IMG/VR virus record: IMGVR_UViG_3300020584_000002 | Location: 1 to 37,253 of that record | DNA: 37,253 nucleotides | From: a virus | Lineage: Duplodnaviria; Caudoviricetes | Reading direction: 5' to 3' (one strand) | Part shown: positions 9,204 through 19,099 of the stretch, piece by piece | How positions within the stretch are numbered: position 1 is the stretch's first letter | How the letters are laid out: each line of letters starts with the position of its first letter | Notes under the pieces: generated by a model | Told to the model about the DNA's origin: nothing | The model's input: only the letters and a program-made list of their open reading frames with translations | The model's database searches: none | Made by a program: the position numbers and the translations under genes

Positions 9204-10340
9204 TTAACCTCCTAAAGCAATTGCATATGCGACACCATATGGACTAGAAACTTCTAATTGTTCATTGCCACCTTGGTTTTTAAGGGTAAATACAATATCT
9301 ATCCCTTCAACAAATTTCTGTGTCATAAACCCAGTTGTTGTATCGGTAGCACTTATTTTTACAGCACCACCTGCTCCCGCTGATTGGGCTGCTGCCGCTG
9401 CCGCCTGTGCGTCAAGCTTGGCTTGATTTGCATCAGCTGCATCGCTTGCCGCATTTTGTGCATTTGTTTGTGCAGTATTTGCGTGAGTTGCAGCCGTTAC
9501 TTGTGAAGAAGCAGCATTGCTTCTATGACCATCAGCTAAAGTTGCAGAACTTGCTGCAGCATTTGCTTGAGTAGTTGCATCAGTTGCTTGTTGAGTAGCG
9601 ATTGCTGCCTGTGCTGTTGCCGTGTTTGCAGCGATACCTGCTTGTTCTCCATCTATTAATAAATCCCAATTACTTATACCTGCATTAGTTTTTAGTGGTG
9701 TAGAACCACTAGATGTATGTGCTGTTTTACAAATGTATACATTGTAATTAGATGCATCTCTAACTATATCTCTAATGTTATATGAAGTAGATGCCGCCCA
9801 ATCTCCTTTATTAACACCTAATTCTTGTGCTACTTGAAACTCACCTTGTGAATCAAAACCTAAAATTTTATTAGCACGAGCATTAGCATCTTCAGTTATT
9901 TCTAAACTACCAATTGTATTTGTTAAAGCAAATCTAATAGATCTATCTAATACTTCTTGTTGTTGCTGATGTAAAATTACTGCTTTATCGAGTGCATCGT
10001 TTATAACTTCTGGGAAAAATCCACCTTGGTTTGTTAGATCTGTTCCCTGTGTAGGTTGTACGTCAGAAGTAATAATTAAATTAAATCCAGTTGCCAAATT
10101 TTGTGCTACACCACCAGATACTAAAGTGATGCTACCACCGGGGTTGCTGTTTTGATCTGGGTTTAAAAGAACAGTATAATCAGTTTGTAAAGTTAAAGTA
10201 GTTTCAGTACTTGTTGCGGTAGTAACTCTAACTACAACTATTTCTGCTGCAGTAAATACTTTAAATGCAAACGGAAAAGTACTAGCATTTCCATTACCTA
10301 CAAACAGGTTCGTCTTTCTTACTGTAGAATTAATCGTCAT
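9204..10340 (-). CDS. Tail fibre adaptor / short fibre
   Basis: N-terminal 'GNGNASTFPFAFKVF...DYTV...GGSITL' T7 gp17/BPP-1-type anchor domain, W-Y-C-H carbohydrate-binding-like module, Ala-rich coiled coil, C-terminal YAIALGG. Confidence 0.75.
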   Translation of the reverse strand: MTINSTVRKTNLFVGNGNASTFPFAFKVFTAAEIVVVRVTTATSTETTLTLQTDYTVLLNPDQNSNPGGSITLVSGGVAQNLATGFNLIITSDVQPTQGTDLTNQGGFFPEVINDALDKAVILHQQQQEVLDRSIRFALTNTIGSLEITEDANARANKILGFDSQGEFQVAQELGVNKGDWAASTSYNIRDIVRDASNYNVYICKTAHTSSGSTPLKTNAGISNWDLLIDGEQAGIAANTATAQAAIATQQATDATTQANAAASSATLADGHRSNAASSQVTAATHANTAQTNAQNAASDAADANQAKLDAQAAAAAAQSAGAGGAVKISATDTTTGFMTQKFVEGIDIVFTLKNQGGNEQLEVSSPYGVAYAIALGG

Positions 10341-10367
10341 TGACGAAACAATTTGTATATCTTATTA

Positions 10368-10401
10368 AAGATACAATTACTTTTATTGGTTACGGTCACA
10401 C
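10368..10401 (-). promoter_or_regulatory. Late promoter motif, copy 1 (tail fibre operon)
   Basis: GTGTGACCGTAA-N16-TATCTT upstream of the 10340 start. Confidence 0.75.
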
Positions 10402-10406
10402 CTTAT

Positions 10407-13400
10407 CTACCTCCTACTTCCTTTACTAGATTTACCTGTGAGAGTACCTCTAATAAAATCTGCCGTATTTTCTGGATTTACTTTTCCTGAGTAAACATCT
10501 AATAAATAACCGCCAGTTCTACCGACAGGAGTAACTGGTATGCCAGAAATTATTGTAACTAAAGCACTTATATCTCTTATCTGATAACCGCTAATACCTT
10601 TACCTTGATAAAGATCAACAGGAATTTTAACTAAAGTCCGACCACCTCTTGTTAATAATTCTATAGATGGACTAGAAACCATACTGTCATTCCAAGGTTT
10701 ATCATCAAACTGATTTATAGGAATAAGCAATGCATTACCAAAAACTGGAACAAATGCTTTTTTATAATTTATAAGATCTCCTAATACTGCTTTCATCATG
10801 TCATCAGCTATCATGCCATCATCATCTTCATCCAAGAACAAATTACCTGCAAAAGTTCTACCAATAAGACCTGCAATAACAGCGGGCATCATAATTGCAT
10901 AAAGATACATATAAAATAATTGTTCTGTACCTTTGCCTTTATTATTAAATCCAAGATCTCTTGTTATTTTTTGATATTGATTATTGTCTAAGTTAGCTAT
11001 GTTATTAAAGTAACCAGTAAATTGACTTATAGATTGAATTATAGGATTCCAGTTTTGGAAACCTGCTCTGTCTTCTGGTAGTAAACTATCTTGTGTCATA
11101 CGAACAGCGGCATCCGCTTGCTTTATAGCTTCTGTTTGTACATCTATATCGCTCATAGATGTAGGTAATTTTTGATGTGTTTGGTTATATACTGCCATCC
11201 ATACAACAGCGTCTACTTGGTTTTGAAATGTTTGCTGTAAAAAATATGCGTGTTTTGTAGACCAATCTTTAAATCTGTCAAATCTATTTGGATTAACTAA
11301 TAATTCATTTAATCTATCTTGTATATCAAATATTTGGTTAAGTTGACGATCTGCCATAAAGGGTGACAAATCTGCAATTGCTTGCATAGTACCTTGTCTA
11401 TCTTGCATATAATTTTGTAATGAACTTATCATCTGTACTGGTGTTGCTTTTAACATTGCAGGAAACACACCTGTGTATTGTTCTATAGCATTCTTAAGAT
11501 TAAAGAACATAACTGCCATACCACCTTTTTTTCTAGTTGTATTTAATCCTTGATCAAATTCTGGTCCTAATCCAGTAGGAGCAAAAGTTCTTTGCGATAC
11601 AACTGTTTGTAACCAAGGTTTAATTAAATAATCTAATTTTGTAGGATTTAATATTTGTAATTTTTTCTGGAATTCTTTGTTATTTACTATTTTTAAAGCA
11701 TCTTTTACTTTAGGTTGCACATATGCATAACGCAAAGAATCATCTATATGTTTAGTCATATAATTTAAATTTAACGATAATGGTTGTGCAAAATTTTCAT
11801 TACGTTCTTTTGTCATGCCGTTTTCTACCATAGGTAATGACAATCTGAACTCTCTTTCTAATTGTTCAACAGTTATTTCTACGTCTTGTTTAGTCATATT
11901 AGGATCGCCTTTTGCAGGAACATATCCACCTCTAAAAGTACCAAACTCATTAACAATAGGTGTAGCTTCTACCGTTTTAAAATAATATCCATTAAGTTCT
12001 CTATGTGCTTGTTGTAATAGTGGCAACATTTTTTGATTTAAATCCCATACAGCTTGCATAAAGATATAATCAGTTTTTGTTAAAAAACCTTCATCTTTCA
12101 TACGTTGTACAAAATTATCCCAATGTGTTCTATTTAAAGTGCCATCTTCATTTAACGAACCCCAACCTCTACCTAATAATAATTTTTTTAGATTACTATC
12201 ATTGCCTGTATGCAACATAGCTCCAAGTAATTCTACTTTTCCTATACCATCAGAATCTGTACCAAATGTATATGGAGTTGATTCTTCAGAAACTTCATTA
12301 AATTCAAATGCAGTTATTTTAGTTTCTTTGCTACCAAAATCTAAGGCAGCTACTAACTCAGTATATTCTCTAGTAATTACATATTGTTGTTGTCTATATT
12401 CATTTAATGCTTCTTTTATTGGATAAAATAAAGTGTTATATAAATATCCTAATTTACCGTCTTTTAATTGTAGTACTGCCGAACCAAAGCCTTTCATAAC
12501 TTCATCTGCACCATCTATAAGATCAACAAAACTTTCCATACGTTGCAAATTAGATCCTAATGTCAAAGCAAATTTATGTAGTTTTTGTTTCCAACCATTA
12601 TTAACTGCTTCTGATTTACCCGGTGGATTAATTTGTCGTTCTCGTGCCGCAGGGCTTTGAGATATTCTTTTATCTAATAAATCTAATATTGGTTGTAATG
12701 CTTCTTGAAAAGCGACTAATTTATTACCTTGTCTTATTTGTTCATCTCTTAAAGATTGATACCATAAAGTATCTAGCGTATCTTCTACATTATAAAATTC
12801 ACTAACTGTTAAAGATGTTAATTCTGTTTTTCCACTTTTTTGACTTGCTTTTAAAATAATTGGTTCTAGTTGTTCGTATGTAAATGGATTGTATTCTTGT
12901 ATTTGTTTCATCTTTTCTTGTACATTTATTCTTTGTTTTGCAATACCATAGGAATACAAGATAGCTCTACCTGCATCTATTAAAAACATATTTCTTTTTG
13001 ACTTATTATTTTTATCTTTAAACTGTTTATCTGTTTGTAAGAACTTTTGAAATTTTCCATTTTTCTTAGTTGCATTATCGTATCGTTTTAATATTTCAAC
13101 TGATTCTTTTGCTAATTGATTTGCTATTAATTGTGATCGTTTAGCTTCTACAGCCATTCTTAAACTCTCTGGATCTTTTTTACCTAAATGTTCTTCTGTT
13201 CTTTTTCTTGCTTTTTCTTCATCACGAGTATAATCACTAACTCTTATGTCTTCTAATTTTGTATTAGCAAGTATGTCTAATGCAGCCTCATTTGCTGCCG
13301 CAATTTGTAAACGAACTGGTTGTGTAGATTTAGATAAAAATTTAAGTTCTAAAGAAATAAATCTTGCTCGTGCTTCATTGTGTAAAGCTTCTTGTAATCC

Positions 13401-16400
13401 TAATTGTATTTGTTTTTCATCAACTAATTCAGAATATTCTTCTAACATACGTTTTTCTGTTCTTTCTTTGATAACTTCCTTTATATCTCTTGCACTTAAT
13501 ATTGCGTCTATCATATCTAAACCACTCTTGTAACCAAACAAATCTGCTACATCTTCTATACTTTGACCCTCTTTAGCTAACATACCTGACTTACCATAAC
13601 CAAGTTCTTTCATTTCAAATTTCATATCGTGAAATGGAACTAGTTGTTTTACGCTCTCAATAGAGATTTTATTTCCAGATTGAACTTTTATTTTTTCGCC
13701 TTTGTCATTTCTTGTTTCTCCTTTTTTTAAATAATTAATTAATCTATATACTGTTTCGTTTTCTACTTCTTCAGTAACTTCTGCTTCTACTTTTTTATAA
13801 GTTTTTTTATGTTTTCTTTGTAAATCAGCTAAATATTTACTTTTAGCATTTTCAAACCAACTTAATTGTGCCATGCTTTTTTGATTTAATATTTCTTTAG
13901 ATTCATCAAATGCTTCTTGCAATTGTTGTTGATAATTAGCCCATTCAGAATCTGACATACCACTTTGCTCTTTTGTTTGGAACATTGCTTTCATTCCATA
14001 CATTTCGTTAGCTAATATTATGTCTTGATTAGTTGAAAGCATACGATCCATAACACTTCTTACTTCATCTGTAAGAACTGGTAAGTCTTTACCAAATAAT
14101 GCTCTATATGTGTTATTAAGATTATATTTAATGTCTTGATAAACTTCTTCAAGAAATCTTGCAAAGTCTCTAAATATTCTGCGTAGATGTTGTTTTTTAA
14201 CTGGCACTTTACCTGTATGCAAATAGATTTCAAAATTTAATGCAAATGCTTCATGGTATTCTTTTTTCTGTTCTATAGACAATTTGCTCCATGTATCTAT
14301 ATCTTCAACACCCCAGAAATCAAGTAAAACATTAAAGTCATTTATTATGTCGGCAGGAGCATCACCACTTAAAACAATGTCTTCCATAACTGACAACATA
14401 TAATGACCAGTTTCATGGAAAAATGTAGATATATCTGAGTCTTTATTTAATAAAGTTGTAAACGATTTTGGATCAAACCTTCCTTTAGGTCCTTTGCTAT
14501 CTCTTCTTTGCTCATAAAATTCGCCAACTTTTACAGCAATAGACCCGCCGTATCTAAGGTTTCCTTTATCGTCTTGAAGTCTGATGTTGAAATCTTTTCG
14601 TCCGTTAGGGAATTCATCATTGAGTTCAAGGATTCTAGGGTCAACCCTGATGGGAACTGCTGTATTACCATATCCAATATCTGTGATAGCTCTGGTGGTA
14701 ACGTAGACATCAGGTTCTCCAGCACTTCTAAGTTCTCCTGTTGATCTGATTGCTTCTGCGTTTTTTCTACTGGTGTGGTGGTAGAGGGTAACTGTTCCGT
14801 CTGGGTTGATGGGGAGTCCTGTTTTTTCGTCAATGTTTGCGTCTTCTGTATCTTGTTGTTGGTAAGTTTCTCGAATTCCCTCGTCAACTCTTCTTCCATC
14901 ATCATCTCGTTGAATTCCTGTTGACTGCTCATTGGACTGTAACTCATCATCAACCTCCTTTATTGTGCTTTGTATAAGATCATCTGATATACCCATTGTA
15001 GCAACAAACGATGCAGCAGCATTAGCATAGTCAGGAGCTTCATTATCCTCATAACCTGTTTCAACAACTGCTTCTTTTAATTTTGCAGAATCATATAATT
15101 TTTTTTCTGGATACCATACAAGTGCTTGCAAATCAGCCATTGTTAAATTTGGATATTCTTTATTTAAAATTTCTAAAACTTGTGAAAATACTTTGACAAT
15201 GTTTCTACGTTCTACAGGACCACTTGGTGTTTCTTTTTGTCCATCATTGTCTTTAGCTAAACCATTACCTTGTTTACGCAATAAATCACCAAGACTTACT
15301 GTTTCGTCACCTTTTCTAGGTTTACCCATTATTTCAACAAATGTATCGTAATTTTTTTGATCTTCATCAAATCTTGCTATTAATTTCATTTGCATTGGCA
15401 CACCTTTACCTGCAGATTTATTTTTAATAGCTAAAGCAACATTATCAATATCTCCTAAAGTAAGCTTTCTACCTATTAATTTTTCAAATGCTTTTTTCTG
15501 TTCTTTAGATAATGCTCTTATAATTGCTTTAATATTTTTTCTTTTTTGTTTTGCTAATCTTTCTCTGTCTAAAACTAACGTACCTGTCATGCGACCCCAT
15601 GTACGCATAGCCCATCTATCTACAGTTAGTTGTTCATAATTACCATATAGATTTGCAAAAAATCCATTACCAATTTTAGGACCAATAATTGCAGAACCGT
15701 AAACTATATCTCCTAAACTAAAATCACTTGGTATTTTTATTTGTTTTCCATCTCTATCTAAACCAACAAATTCTTGCACTTCTTTTCCTGTATGTTTAGT
15801 TCTCATAAATTTTTCTAATTCTGCAAAAGGTTTTTTATCTAACAAATCATTTAACCTTCTAAAAGATTTTTCCATTGCTGCTCTAGATTCACCACCTGTT
15901 TCTTCACCTAATTCATTAAGCATTAATTCTGGTAAACGTCCTTTTCCTTCTCCTAATTCTTGTTCTGACATTAACCATTTTTCATAAACATCTGTTGCAT
16001 ATTCAAAGTTTTTATCTACTTTAATACCGTTACTTGTTGTTGCTAAAGCCCATTTAAAAATGAAACCATGTCTTTTATCAGTAGCAACTTTTGGATATTT
16101 AAGAGCAAGTATTCGTACTGCTTTAGTTACTTTTTCGTCATACCAACCAACAGCATTTGGGTTTTCTATCAAAGCATATCTTGCATCTGCTAATAAAGTT
16201 TGTACAAGATATTTTTCTGCTTGTACTGTAAATTTAGAAAGATCAACATTATTTTTCTTTGCTTCTTTTTTAACACGGTTTTGTATTTCTAATTTAAATT
16301 GTCTGTTAGTTTTAAAAGGTTTACTTTTTGCAAATTCAAAATTTTCTACAATTTTTGCAATTTGATATACAGCTTGCGGTACAACATTACCTTGTTCTTG

Positions 16401-19097
16401 TTGACCTCGTTGTTCAAAAGTTTCTAATTGTTGTTCATATATATTGTCAATTTCTCTAGACCAATTGTCTTTATCGTTAACTGATTTAACTGCATTACTG
16501 TCAAATACAACTACTTCTGTCACCTCGTTAGTATCAGGATTAACAACTAATACACCATCATGTCCTTCTTGTATTAACTTTTTTCTGTAACTAGTTTTTG
16601 CTCCTTTACCACCTTTTTGCAATTGTTCTTTAATGTTTGGATTGGTTTCTCTGTATGGGTTTTCTAAACGCACATACGAGGGCATAACATCAGGATCTAA
16701 ATTCTTTTGTTGTTTGTATGTTTTAGCGTCATTTTCATTTAATGAAAGATATATACCTCTACCAAAAATTCCTATGTCAGGTCTATTTGTATTTTTTAAA
16801 TTGTAACGATCAAAACTACTTGTAGTACCGTGGTATAAAACTTGAGGAGTACCATCGGCATTTTTCATTTTTGATTTACCAAACCAATTTTTAAACAAAG
16901 CACTATCAGTTTTTACAGAACCATTTTGATTAAAAAAGTCATTACCAAAATCTTGTGGTTTACCTTCATAAATTACGTTATAAAAATATTTATTTATAAA
17001 ATCCTTGATATTCATATTATTTCTTTTTGCAAATGTCAAAGCAAAAGCTAAAGGTAAATGTGTTAGCTGTGTGGCAACTTCTTTAGTGTATTTACCTGTA
17101 GCTACTAGCTGTTCTTTTATTTGTGCTTTATATGCGTTAGCTTCTCTTTGTGATTCTTTAAATTCTGCTGTTTTTGTTTTTATATCTTTTAATGTTTGGT
17201 CTAACATCTTATCTTTAATTTTATAAACTTCTTGAAATTCTTTTTGACTATATGTATTATTGCCAAGACGTAGATGTGGCCTTAATATATTGTGGAAATC
17301 TGAACCTGCAATATTAGCTAAATAATCACCTTGAGTTATTTTTATGCTTTTACCAACAAGACCTTCATCAGTTGCTTTTCTTAATTGACTACTTAAATTT
17401 TTATCAAATAGTTCTAATTGCTCCATTGAAATATCATTTTCATCTAATTGCTGTTGAAAAGTTTCTGCATCTACATACCAATCTTTAACACCAAATCTGT
17501 CTCCAACTAAATCCATATAGTTTTGCCATAAATTTTTGTTTCTTTTTTTTGTCTTATCATCTTTTGTTATTTCAAGCATTTGTTCAATATATTGTTGATC
17601 ACTATCTGATTGCCTAACATTATTTGCTGTACGCATATATCCACCACCAGAAGTCACAATTCCAAATGTAACCATTCCTCTAAAAGTATCCCACATGACT
17701 CCTTTAATCCTGTCCATACCTTCTTCCATATCAACAGGATTTGTTTCATATGTAGCCATTTCTGCAGCTATGTTAAAACCAATAATATTAATTAATTCTT
17801 GAACTACTTCAGTTGAAGTTTCTGACAATATATTAGTTGCTATGTCTTTAAATATATCTTGTGTAGCAGAATAAACTGTGAGTTGTTGAAACTTATCACT
17901 TAAAGAATCTTTAACAGATCTTCTAAGAAATCTTTTATTTAACATAACCCAAGAAGATTCTAACTTAGGACCTAATCCAGATCTTCCTAATGAACCTTGC
18001 AACCATTTATTAGTTCCTATTTTTACTAAACCTTTACTAGCTATACTAGATGTACCTTTAAATAAAAATGGCAATCCAATACGTTCTACACCAGCCGCAA
18101 GGAATCCCACCATATGAGCTTGCCTTGCAGCATCTTCATGAGATAATCCACCAACTCTGGTTATAGCATCTAAATAAGAATTACCACCTTCAACCATGTA
18201 TGAATTAATCGCCATATAATTAAATGCGGCTGGTAATCCTGTAGTAGCACCAAGAACTCCACCTATAGCAGTACCTTTACCGGGAACAACACTACCTGCT
18301 ATTGCACCAAGCTTTGCATTAATTTTTGCAGTAACTAAACCTGTTGTTGCAGCCGCAGGTAGTTGTCTTGACCATTGACCCGCGTAATACGCACCTGCTT
18401 CTATCCAATTAACACCATCCTCGTTATACATTGCAATTTTTGCATCAATTTCTTTTATCCGAGCTAATTTTTCTTCTCTTGTTTGTTTTTCACTAAAAGC
18501 ACCAAATATGTCAGCTGCTATAAATTTTTTAATTCTATCGCCTTGGTGATATTCATTATCTGGATCACCTGTCATTAATTGATATCCTAATAATCCTCTT
18601 TCGTTAGTTAGCCAACCTTTATGTATACCTTGTTGTAACCCAACACCTCCACCGTATATCCATCGGAAAGGCATAGTTAAAGCTCTACCAGTTGTGTAAT
18701 ATTCTTGTAAATGTTCTATGTTGTCATGTGCTAATGCAGCAAACCGAGGATCTTCTAATTGTCTTGCTAATATTGGATTTATTTTTGCAAAATTTTGATT
18801 AAGAATATATTCTTCACGTTTTCTTTTTTTTATATAATTGAATGTTTCGTCATCATTGTTTAATTCAAAATCTGCTGGTAAATTAAATTGTTCTTTAAAT
18901 TTTTGTATTTCACCAACTTTATCACCGTCCATTTCACTAACGGCTTTTAAAGTTTGTCTTATATTATTCCATTGCCTATCTTGTTCAAATTTTGCATATT
19001 CAATATCTAATGCATCACCAGTTTTATTAAAAACATTAGATGAATTATTATTTTCATAATCACCTAGATCTTCGTACTTAATTATTTTGTCATCCAT
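10407..19097 (-). CDS. Large internal virion (ejectosome-type) polyvalent protein, 2896 aa, with ART, glycosylase-like, ART and zincin domains
   Basis: Third internal-protein position as in T7 gp16/BPP-1; motifs FKNWFG..LYHGT..GIYLS..EVVVFD; GWYD..GPKI..TVDRW..QALVW; LYHHTS..VYVTT; FFHETGH..HEAFA. Confidence 0.8.
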   Translation of the reverse strand: MDDKIIKYEDLGDYENNNSSNVFNKTGDALDIEYAKFEQDRQWNNIRQTLKAVSEMDGDKVGEIQKFKEQFNLPADFELNNDDETFNYIKKRKREEYILNQNFAKINPILARQLEDPRFAALAHDNIEHLQEYYTTGRALTMPFRWIYGGGVGLQQGIHKGWLTNERGLLGYQLMTGDPDNEYHQGDRIKKFIAADIFGAFSEKQTREEKLARIKEIDAKIAMYNEDGVNWIEAGAYYAGQWSRQLPAAATTGLVTAKINAKLGAIAGSVVPGKGTAIGGVLGATTGLPAAFNYMAINSYMVEGGNSYLDAITRVGGLSHEDAARQAHMVGFLAAGVERIGLPFLFKGTSSIASKGLVKIGTNKWLQGSLGRSGLGPKLESSWVMLNKRFLRRSVKDSLSDKFQQLTVYSATQDIFKDIATNILSETSTEVVQELINIIGFNIAAEMATYETNPVDMEEGMDRIKGVMWDTFRGMVTFGIVTSGGGYMRTANNVRQSDSDQQYIEQMLEITKDDKTKKRNKNLWQNYMDLVGDRFGVKDWYVDAETFQQQLDENDISMEQLELFDKNLSSQLRKATDEGLVGKSIKITQGDYLANIAGSDFHNILRPHLRLGNNTYSQKEFQEVYKIKDKMLDQTLKDIKTKTAEFKESQREANAYKAQIKEQLVATGKYTKEVATQLTHLPLAFALTFAKRNNMNIKDFINKYFYNVIYEGKPQDFGNDFFNQNGSVKTDSALFKNWFGKSKMKNADGTPQVLYHGTTSSFDRYNLKNTNRPDIGIFGRGIYLSLNENDAKTYKQQKNLDPDVMPSYVRLENPYRETNPNIKEQLQKGGKGAKTSYRKKLIQEGHDGVLVVNPDTNEVTEVVVFDSNAVKSVNDKDNWSREIDNIYEQQLETFEQRGQQEQGNVVPQAVYQIAKIVENFEFAKSKPFKTNRQFKLEIQNRVKKEAKKNNVDLSKFTVQAEKYLVQTLLADARYALIENPNAVGWYDEKVTKAVRILALKYPKVATDKRHGFIFKWALATTSNGIKVDKNFEYATDVYEKWLMSEQELGEGKGRLPELMLNELGEETGGESRAAMEKSFRRLNDLLDKKPFAELEKFMRTKHTGKEVQEFVGLDRDGKQIKIPSDFSLGDIVYGSAIIGPKIGNGFFANLYGNYEQLTVDRWAMRTWGRMTGTLVLDRERLAKQKRKNIKAIIRALSKEQKKAFEKLIGRKLTLGDIDNVALAIKNKSAGKGVPMQMKLIARFDEDQKNYDTFVEIMGKPRKGDETVSLGDLLRKQGNGLAKDNDGQKETPSGPVERRNIVKVFSQVLEILNKEYPNLTMADLQALVWYPEKKLYDSAKLKEAVVETGYEDNEAPDYANAAASFVATMGISDDLIQSTIKEVDDELQSNEQSTGIQRDDDGRRVDEGIRETYQQQDTEDANIDEKTGLPINPDGTVTLYHHTSRKNAEAIRSTGELRSAGEPDVYVTTRAITDIGYGNTAVPIRVDPRILELNDEFPNGRKDFNIRLQDDKGNLRYGGSIAVKVGEFYEQRRDSKGPKGRFDPKSFTTLLNKDSDISTFFHETGHYMLSVMEDIVLSGDAPADIINDFNVLLDFWGVEDIDTWSKLSIEQKKEYHEAFALNFEIYLHTGKVPVKKQHLRRIFRDFARFLEEVYQDIKYNLNNTYRALFGKDLPVLTDEVRSVMDRMLSTNQDIILANEMYGMKAMFQTKEQSGMSDSEWANYQQQLQEAFDESKEILNQKSMAQLSWFENAKSKYLADLQRKHKKTYKKVEAEVTEEVENETVYRLINYLKKGETRNDKGEKIKVQSGNKISIESVKQLVPFHDMKFEMKELGYGKSGMLAKEGQSIEDVADLFGYKSGLDMIDAILSARDIKEVIKERTEKRMLEEYSELVDEKQIQLGLQEALHNEARARFISLELKFLSKSTQPVRLQIAAANEAALDILANTKLEDIRVSDYTRDEEKARKRTEEHLGKKDPESLRMAVEAKRSQLIANQLAKESVEILKRYDNATKKNGKFQKFLQTDKQFKDKNNKSKRNMFLIDAGRAILYSYGIAKQRINVQEKMKQIQEYNPFTYEQLEPIILKASQKSGKTELTSLTVSEFYNVEDTLDTLWYQSLRDEQIRQGNKLVAFQEALQPILDLLDKRISQSPAARERQINPPGKSEAVNNGWKQKLHKFALTLGSNLQRMESFVDLIDGADEVMKGFGSAVLQLKDGKLGYLYNTLFYPIKEALNEYRQQQYVITREYTELVAALDFGSKETKITAFEFNEVSEESTPYTFGTDSDGIGKVELLGAMLHTGNDSNLKKLLLGRGWGSLNEDGTLNRTHWDNFVQRMKDEGFLTKTDYIFMQAVWDLNQKMLPLLQQAHRELNGYYFKTVEATPIVNEFGTFRGGYVPAKGDPNMTKQDVEITVEQLEREFRLSLPMVENGMTKERNENFAQPLSLNLNYMTKHIDDSLRYAYVQPKVKDALKIVNNKEFQKKLQILNPTKLDYLIKPWLQTVVSQRTFAPTGLGPEFDQGLNTTRKKGGMAVMFFNLKNAIEQYTGVFPAMLKATPVQMISSLQNYMQDRQGTMQAIADLSPFMADRQLNQIFDIQDRLNELLVNPNRFDRFKDWSTKHAYFLQQTFQNQVDAVVWMAVYNQTHQKLPTSMSDIDVQTEAIKQADAAVRMTQDSLLPEDRAGFQNWNPIIQSISQFTGYFNNIANLDNNQYQKITRDLGFNNKGKGTEQLFYMYLYAIMMPAVIAGLIGRTFAGNLFLDEDDDGMIADDMMKAVLGDLINYKKAFVPVFGNALLIPINQFDDKPWNDSMVSSPSIELLTRGGRTLVKIPVDLYQGKGISGYQIRDISALVTIISGIPVTPVGRTGGYLLDVYSGKVNPENTADFIRGTLTGKSSKGSRR
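14531..14950 (-). CDS. Putative overprinted gene in the +1 frame of the polyvalent protein (~139 aa)
   Basis: AAGGAGGT at 14960-14953 followed by TG-ATG-ATG; frame open for 140 codons; the host frame avoids NTA codons throughout the overlap. Confidence 0.55.
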   Translation of the reverse strand: MMSYSPMSSQQEFNEMMMEEELTREFEKLTNNKIQKTQTLTKKQDSPSTQTEQLPSTTTPVEKTQKQSDQQENLEVLENLMSTLPPELSQILDMVIQQFPSGLTLESLNSMMNSLTDEKISTSDFKTIKETLDTAGLLL

Positions 19098-19099
19098 AT

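Noticed and set aside
2709-10340. Diversity-generating retroelement, as in BPP-1
   Set aside because: No reverse transcriptase and no near-identical TR/VR repeat pair with adenine-specific mismatches seen in the window.
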